From: Promethearchaeota archaeon
GTDB taxonomy: Archaea > Asgardarchaeota > Lokiarchaeia > Sigyniarchaeales > SOKP01
Assembly (NCBI GenBank): GCA_030599585.1
Contig: JAUVNS010000001.1
Location: forward strand, 347,118 to 411,117
Reading direction: 5' to 3'
DNA: 64,000 bases
A program made the position numbers and the translations under genes. The notes beneath the pieces were generated by a model. It ran no database searches. It was not told where the DNA came from and saw only the letters and a program-made list of their open reading frames with translations. Of the stretch, positions 58,264 through 64,000 are shown piece by piece. Within the stretch, counting starts at the first letter, position 1; the number at the start of each line of letters is the position of its first letter.

Positions 58264-61200
58264 TTACATTTTAAACGTCTTAATTTTCAGCATTTCAGCG
58301 ATGACCCAAAGGAAAACAAATAATCCAAATGGAAAATATGTATATAGATATAATTTATTGAAGTTTTGAACGATTTCAAGAGAATCAGTTTTGCTATCAT
58401 CTGTTAAATCACCAGAGTCTTGTAATTTTGCGTTTTTATCAACAGTTTCAAACGTAAAATTGCCTACAAAGAAGCTCTTTCTCCATATCTCTACAACGTA
58501 AACTTCAGGCTTTTTCAAAGTCTTAAAATTCGTAATATACAACTCGCCAATCGAGTCAATGCGATAATTCGTAGAACCATCTCCAAATATAGCTAGCTGT
58601 AGAATATCTTCGGGGTTGTCGAACGCATATATAACGATATGAAGTTCTTCGTTGAGGACAAATGGTGTATTGATATCCACCGCTTCCGCCACTCTAAGTG
58701 AAAATTTCACAGGCATCGTTCTTCCGGCATTATTTTCTTCAGTAGCGGGTAATAATTCTAAAACTGCCCAATTTCTAATACTAACGCTAGTTATTTTTAC
58801 CCCAATAAGACCGAATCTATCACTCGATTCAACAATCAGCAAATAATAACCATCGGGTAGATCGGTTGTGTTAAAAAATAACTGCCATTGTTTAGTTATT
58901 TCGTCGTATACTGCTGACATATTTTCAAAGTCATCGTGGATAAATATTCCATTTGCTCCATCATCCTCTCGAATGGTAAGGTTTACCCAAATAACCCCAC
59001 TCAAATCTTCTGCTTTCCCTGTGAATACAATACCGTCTTGCAGAGCTTGATTTTCTCCTGGTGTCTCCACAGTAATAGAAGGAGGTGCAGTATCTATAAA
59101 GAGGCCAAATATGGATAGACTTTCTACTTCACCATAGATAATGTTGTTATCCATGTCAATAAAAACTGTTATATCTTCCCATTCTCCTGAAGTTTCATTA
59201 TAATGCAAAAGAGTCAAAAAATTCTCATCTCCGACAACGCTCTCATCATAGGGAATTTCTAAGTGTATGGTACCTTCATACTCTGCAGTTGTAGTGATTG
59301 AATAATAAATATCACCTAACTGGAAACCTTCTGGTGAAATTGGCCCTGTTTCAGAACCTTCAATGGTTGTGGCTCCAGCTTCGGTAACTTCATCGAAAGT
59401 TAGATTAATAAAATAATTCTGGTCGGTGATCTGAACATTGGGTTCAGCAGGTGTGTAGGTGTCAACATTAGCTAAGGGATCTGTATTGTAAAGCAATATT
59501 TCGTTACCATCTGATATCCCATCACCATCAGAATCTAAAAGGTTTGGACTTGTACCTAGGATTATTTCTTCGGCATTTGTGAGACCATCACCATCGGTAT
59601 CTCCATTTGGGTCAGGTGTATAATCAAAGATAGGTTTATAATCTCTATTGATACCACCAGGGATATCATAGGGAGTATCTCCCATTCCGTCGTGATCGGC
59701 ATCTACACCTATATAATCTCCCCAATAATTTCCAATAACAGTATTATTCCAAAAATTTATTCCGTCATCAAATCCATTAAGGATAATATTATCAAATATT
59801 TTATTTCCCGAGATGGTATTAGAATCGCAATTAATTAAATGGATCCCATAATAAAGGTTATTATTTGCAGCGTTTCCCGTAATAGTATTATCATCGCAAT
59901 TATATAAATAGATTCCATTATCTCTGTTATTGTTTGCGATGTTTCCCGAGATGGTGTTGTTGTCACTATAATATAAATATATTCCAAAATAAGTGTTGTT
60001 GTTTGCGGTATTTCCCGAGATGATGTTGTTGACACAATAAAAAAGATATATTCCACGAACTTGATTTGCAGTTAAATTGTTACTTGCGGTATTTCCCGAG
60101 ATGGTGTTGTCGTAACACAGATCTAAATATATTCCATAATAATGGTTATTGTTTGCGGTGTTTCCCGAGAGGGTGTTATCGTGGCACCGCGTCCTTAAAG
60201 ATATTCCAGAAGCATGGTTATCGTTTGCGGTGTTTCCTATGATCTCGTTAGCAAGGCAGTATTTAGATAAATAGATTCCATAATTGTTACTGTTTGCGGT
60301 GTTTCCCGTAATGGTATTAGAATTGCAGTGATACGCTAAATAGATCCCATAATAAGTGTTGTTGTTTGCAGTGTTTCCAGAGATGGTGTTATCGTCGCAC
60401 CACTCGTATAAATATATTCCATAATAAGTGTTATTGTTTGCGGTGTTTCCTGTTATGGTATTTTCATAGCAAATATGGTTTAAATGTATCCCATATTGTT
60501 CGTTATTGTTTGCGGTGTTTCCCGAGATGGTGTTGTTGTCACTATCATATAAATATATTCCAAAATAAGTGTTGTTGCTTGCGGTGTTTCCCGAGATGGT
60601 GTTGTTGTCACAATATGTTAAATATATTCCATAATATTGGTTATCGTTTGCGGTATTTCCCGAGATGATGTTGTTGACACAATAAATAAAATATAATCCA
60701 CGATCTTGATTTGCAGTTAAATTGTTACCTGCGGTGTTTCCCGAGATTGTGTTGTTGTCACATTGACTTAAAATGATTCCGGCACCATGGTTATTGTTTG
60801 CGGTGTTTCCCGAGATGGTGTTATCGTGGCACCACCTGCTTAAATATATTCCAGAAGCATGGTTATCGTTTGCGGTGTTTCCTGAGAGGGTGTTATCGTG
60901 GCAACTTATGCTTAAATATATTCCAAAATAAATGTTGTTGTTTGCGGTGTTTCCCGTGATATTGTTACGATCGCAGGAAGTTATTAAATATATCCCAAAG
61001 TCGTTATTGTTTGCGGTGTTTCCCGAGATGGTGTTATCGTCGCACCACTCGTATAAATAGATTCCATAATTGTTATTGTTTGCGGTGTTTCCTATGATCT
61101 TGTTAGCAAAGCAGTATTTAGTTAAATAGATTCCATAATCTCTGTTATTGTTTGCGGTGTTTCCCGAGATGGTGTTGTTGTCACTATAATATAAATATAT

Positions 61201-64000
61201 TCCACGATCTTGATTTGCAGTTAAATTGTTACCTGCGGTGTTTCCCGAGATGGTGTTGTTGTCACATTGACTTAAACTGATTCCGGCACCATGGTTATTG
61301 TTTGCGGTGTTTCCCGAGATGGTATTATCATTGCAGTGATCTTCTAAATAGATCCCACATTCAATGTTATTGTTTGCGGTGTTTCCCGAAACCGTGTTGT
61401 TATTGCTATTGGATAATTTAATTCCATAATCATTATTAGAACAATTATTGTCAATTAGTTTTCCGTTATCAACATCTACCAACATTATGCCTGTGCTCGA
61501 GTTGAAAGTTTTGCAATTTCTAATCTCAAAATACGCGGTAGAATCTCGAATCGTAATGCTGGTCCCACCACAGCCATCCATGATGAGATATTCGATAATA
61601 TAAGGATATAATTCACTCCCGGAACCACTACACCATGGCTCCAAGGCAGCTTCCGCCCAAGTGTAATCACCTTCTCCATTGCTTATATCATCATCTACAA
61701 CAAGCGACAGAAGAGTGTACTCATCCTCCCAGATTGGATAATTATCCTGACTCCCTGCAGAACCGGGGATAAAATAAGGAGCGTCTCCTATACCATCATC
61801 GTTCAAATCTAACCCTTGGTAATCATCCCAGTAATTTCCAATAGTTCTATTATCCCATTGATTGTTAGTTCCCTCGTCGAAAGCATTTTCTACATTATCT
61901 GTAAAATTGTTAAGGTATATGATGTTTAAATTGCAGTTATATTCTAAATAGATACCATAAATTTCGTTACTGTTTACGGTATTTCCCGTAATAGTATTAT
62001 TATTACATGAATCAGCCAAACAGATCCCATATTTTCCGTTATTGTTTGCGATGTTTCTCGTAATATTATTATCCTGGCTAAAAAGGTTTAATTGGATTCC
62101 ACGTACATTTTCGTTTGCGATGTTCCCTGTGAGTTTATTTGCAGAACTGCCTATTAGAAGGAAACCAAACCCATTTCTTAAAGCTATATTAGTTGAGAGA
62201 GTGTTATTCCAGCTTTCTACCAAATTAAAACCCACTTGTGCATCAACAATGGAGTTATCAAAGAGGTCATTTTGGGAACTTTTCCACAAACTAAAACCAT
62301 AATAGCTCTCCCTAGCAATATTATCTGAGATAGTATTATTTGAGCTCTCTTGGAGATATAATCCTCTCCACCCATTAGTGATATCGTTACTCGAGAGATT
62401 ATTATTAGAACTATCTTTGAGATAAATACCATAAGTCCAAAAACTTGGCATAAAACTCTTTACCGTATTGTTTAAAATGGTATTTTGTGAACTTCCTTCT
62501 AAATGAATCCCATTCTGGGTATTATCAATTTCATTTTTGATGATATTACCATTTTGAACATTCAATAGGTATATACCCGTGCTCGAGTTAAAAATCATGC
62601 AATTTTTAATCACAAAATACACGTTAGAATCTCGAATCGTAATGCAGTTCCCTCCATTAGCATCTATGATAAGATTTTCGATAACATAAGGATACAACTC
62701 TGTACCAGAACCGCTACACCAAGGCTCCAAGGCAGCTTCCGCCCAAGTGTAATCACCTCCTCCGTTATTTATGTTATTATCAATAATAAATGACACAGGA
62801 GTATCCCCATCATCCCAGATTGGATAATTATCCTGACTCACTGCAGAACCGGGGATAATATATGGAGTGTCTCCGATTCCGTCATCGTTTAAATCTACAC
62901 CCGGATAGTCATCCCAGTAATTTCCAAAAGATCCATTATCCCATTGATTATCAATTCCGTCATCCCAAGCATTTACTCCATTATCTAAAAATATGTTTCC
63001 TGAGAAACTATTTTTATGTTCATATGGTGCATTCCATTCTGCTAAATAGATTCCATAATCATCGTTATTGCTTATGATGTTTTCAGCAATGGTATTATAA
63101 ATGCAGCCAGTCCAATAATATCCCTGTATTATTATTCCTTTATTATTTTCGTTTACGGTGTTGTTGGTAATTACATTGAAATAGCAATCCTCATTTAAAT
63201 ATATCCCATTTAGATTATTGTTTGCGGTGTTGTTGGTAATCGTATTATCAGTACATAAAACGTATAAATAGATTCCATGTTGAGAGTTATTGTTTGCGGT
63301 GTTTCCCGAGATGGTGTTGTTGTCACACTGATATAAATATATTCCATCATAAGTGTTGTTGTTTGCGGTGTTTCCCGTAATGGTATTATTATTGCAACCA
63401 GAGTTTAAATAGATCCCATAATAATCGTTATTACTTGCGGTGTTTCCCGTAATGGTATTATTATTGCAACCAGAGTTTAAATAGATCCCACTATAATCGT
63501 TATTACTTGCGGTGTTTCCCGTAATGGTGTTAAAGTCACAGAAAATTTCTAAATAGATCCCATCACCATAGTTATTGGTTACATTGTTTCCCGTAATGGT
63601 GTTAAAGTCGCAGTAATTTTCTAAAACGATCCCACTAATTTGGCTCAATATATCAATATTACTTGCGGTGTTTCCCGTGATATTATTATCATTGCAGTGA
63701 TATTCTAAAGAGATCCCGTAGTCATTTTCATTTGCGGTATTTTCCGTTATGGTATTATTATTGCAGTGATAGAATGCATAAATCCCATAAGTGTTATTGG
63801 TTGCTATGTTTTCGGTAATATTATTATCCTCACAATATTGGAGTAAATAGATTCCATAGAGATTTTCGCTTACGACGTTACCCGTAATGGTATTGTCATT
63901 ACACATATAATTTAACATGATCCCATAATTAGTGTTATTGCTTGCGGTGTTTCCCGTAATAGTATTATTATTGCTGCTAAAGGATAAAGCGATCCCATTG
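58264..64000 (-). CDS. Giant surface protein with NosD/CASH-type parallel beta-helix repeats, 5' end outside the window
   Basis: The frame stays open from the track ATG (63918) to the window edge with further repeat units. Three beta-helix blocks each end in GNYW.DY.G.D...DG.GD.PY.IPG; then DxDGDG Ca-binding loops, Ig-like and PxKF-like (RTMPVKF) domains and a C-terminal TM. Confidence 0.9.
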   Translation of the reverse strand, partial: NGIALSFSSNNNTITGNTASNNTNYGIMLNYMCNDNTITGNVVSENLYGIYLLQYCEDNNITENIATNNTYGIYAFYHCNNNTITENTANENDYGISLEYHCNDNNITGNTASNIDILSQISGIVLENYCDFNTITGNNVTNNYGDGIYLEIFCDFNTITGNTASNNDYSGIYLNSGCNNNTITGNTASNNDYYGIYLNSGCNNNTITGNTANNNTYDGIYLYQCDNNTISGNTANNNSQHGIYLYVLCTDNTITNNTANNNLNGIYLNEDCYFNVITNNTVNENNKGIIIQGYYWTGCIYNTIAENIISNNDDYGIYLAEWNAPYEHKNSFSGNIFLDNGVNAWDDGIDNQWDNGSFGNYWDDYPGVDLNDDGIGDTPYIIPGSAVSQDNYPIWDDGDTPVSFIIDNNINNGGGDYTWAEAALEPWCSGSGTELYPYVIENLIIDANGGNCITIRDSNVYFVIKNCMIFNSSTGIYLLNVQNGNIIKNEIDNTQNGIHLEGSSQNTILNNTVKSFMPSFWTYGIYLKDSSNNNLSSNDITNGWRGLYLQESSNNTISDNIARESYYGFSLWKSSQNDLFDNSIVDAQVGFNLVESWNNTLSTNIALRNGFGFLLIGSSANKLTGNIANENVRGIQLNLFSQDNNITRNIANNNGKYGICLADSCNNNTITGNTVNSNEIYGIYLEYNCNLNIIYLNNFTDNVENAFDEGTNNQWDNRTIGNYWDDYQGLDLNDDGIGDAPYFIPGSAGSQDNYPIWEDEYTLLSLVVDDDISNGEGDYTWAEAALEPWCSGSGSELYPYIIEYLIMDGCGGTSITIRDSTAYFEIRNCKTFNSSTGIMLVDVDNGKLIDNNCSNNDYGIKLSNSNNNTVSGNTANNNIECGIYLEDHCNDNTISGNTANNNHGAGISLSQCDNNTISGNTAGNNLTANQDRGIYLYYSDNNTISGNTANNNRDYGIYLTKYCFANKIIGNTANNNNYGIYLYEWCDDNTISGNTANNNDFGIYLITSCDRNNITGNTANNNIYFGIYLSISCHDNTLSGNTANDNHASGIYLSRWCHDNTISGNTANNNHGAGIILSQCDNNTISGNTAGNNLTANQDRGLYFIYCVNNIISGNTANDNQYYGIYLTYCDNNTISGNTASNNTYFGIYLYDSDNNTISGNTANNNEQYGIHLNHICYENTITGNTANNNTYYGIYLYEWCDDNTISGNTANNNTYYGIYLAYHCNSNTITGNTANSNNYGIYLSKYCLANEIIGNTANDNHASGISLRTRCHDNTLSGNTANNNHYYGIYLDLCYDNTISGNTASNNLTANQVRGIYLFYCVNNIISGNTANNNTYFGIYLYYSDNNTISGNIANNNRDNGIYLYNCDDNTITGNAANNNLYYGIHLINCDSNTISGNKIFDNIILNGFDDGINFWNNTVIGNYWGDYIGVDADHDGMGDTPYDIPGGINRDYKPIFDYTPDPNGDTDGDGLTNAEEIILGTSPNLLDSDGDGISDGNEILLYNTDPLANVDTYTPAEPNVQITDQNYFINLTFDEVTEAGATTIEGSETGPISPEGFQLGDIYYSITTTAEYEGTIHLEIPYDESVVGDENFLTLLHYNETSGEWEDITVFIDMDNNIIYGEVESLSIFGLFIDTAPPSITVETPGENQALQDGIVFTGKAEDLSGVIWVNLTIREDDGANGIFIHDDFENMSAVYDEITKQWQLFFNTTDLPDGYYLLIVESSDRFGLIGVKITSVSIRNWAVLELLPATEENNAGRTMPVKFSLRVAEAVDINTPFVLNEELHIVIYAFDNPEDILQLAIFGDGSTNYRIDSIGELYITNFKTLKKPEVYVVEIWRKSFFVGNFTFETVDKNAKLQDSGDLTDDSKTDSLEIVQNFNKLYLYTYFPFGLFVFLWVIAEMLKIKTFKM
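59800..61420. repeat. Dense coding tandem repeats (mostly 66-72 bp units, some longer) with conserved core TTTGCGGTGTTTCCCGAGATGGT
   Basis: Over 20 units encoding GIYL...C..NTISGNTANNN; boundaries approximate; a similar block lies at about 63150-64000. Confidence 0.9.

Noticed and set aside
59800-64000. CRISPR-like array of conserved ~25-bp repeats with variable spacers
   Set aside because: Units keep the reading frame, encode beta-helix coils within one ORF, the 'spacers' are homologous to each other, and no cas genes are present.
58264-64000. Diversity-generating retroelement target (many AAY codons, near-duplicate segments)
   Set aside because: No reverse transcriptase or separate template repeat in the window, and the Asn codons are the conserved part rather than the variable part.
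1-64000. rRNA, tRNA (including tRNA-Sec), transposases, integrases, prophage genes
   Set aside because: None recognised by eye; intergenic gaps are short and AT-rich. A tRNAscan/Infernal run would be needed to exclude small RNAs formally.

Overview
AT-rich archaeal chromosomal segment, most consistent with an Asgard archaeon (Lokiarchaeia-like). The taxonomic call is an inference from the archaeal-type PEP carboxylase, TATA-like promoters, AGGTGA ribosome-binding sites, a longin/roadblock-like protein, LRR proteins and Fwd/Hdr/FrhB genes. No rRNA, tRNA, CRISPR array or transposase was recognised. Main observations: (1) the two 'split' hdrA ORFs join into one 675-aa frame (39989-42016) with two in-frame UGA codons at conserved Cys positions, followed by a 3'-UTR AUGA/GA stem-loop, i.e. 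a probable two-selenocysteine HdrA with a SECIS-like element; (2) a palindrome, GAAT-N4-ATTC, occurs six times in promoter regions of an Fe-S/sulfide-handling cluster (four NifB/NifX paralogs, Mrp, NifU, COG1149 ATPases, DUF5320) and of a distant OsmC gene, defining a probable regulon; (3) an FrhB-family protein fused to a TrmB-like winged helix, with a structured leader; (4) an fwdG/B/D/A-like operon with substituted catalytic residues; (5) a giant beta-helix surface protein whose repeat halves look shuffled; (6) a membrane protein starting with a near copy of the bacterial EF-Tu N-terminus; (7) probable ATA/ATT start codons. The rest is ordinary metabolic and transport genes plus a VapBC module. 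All calls come from reading motifs by eye; no database search or folding program was run.
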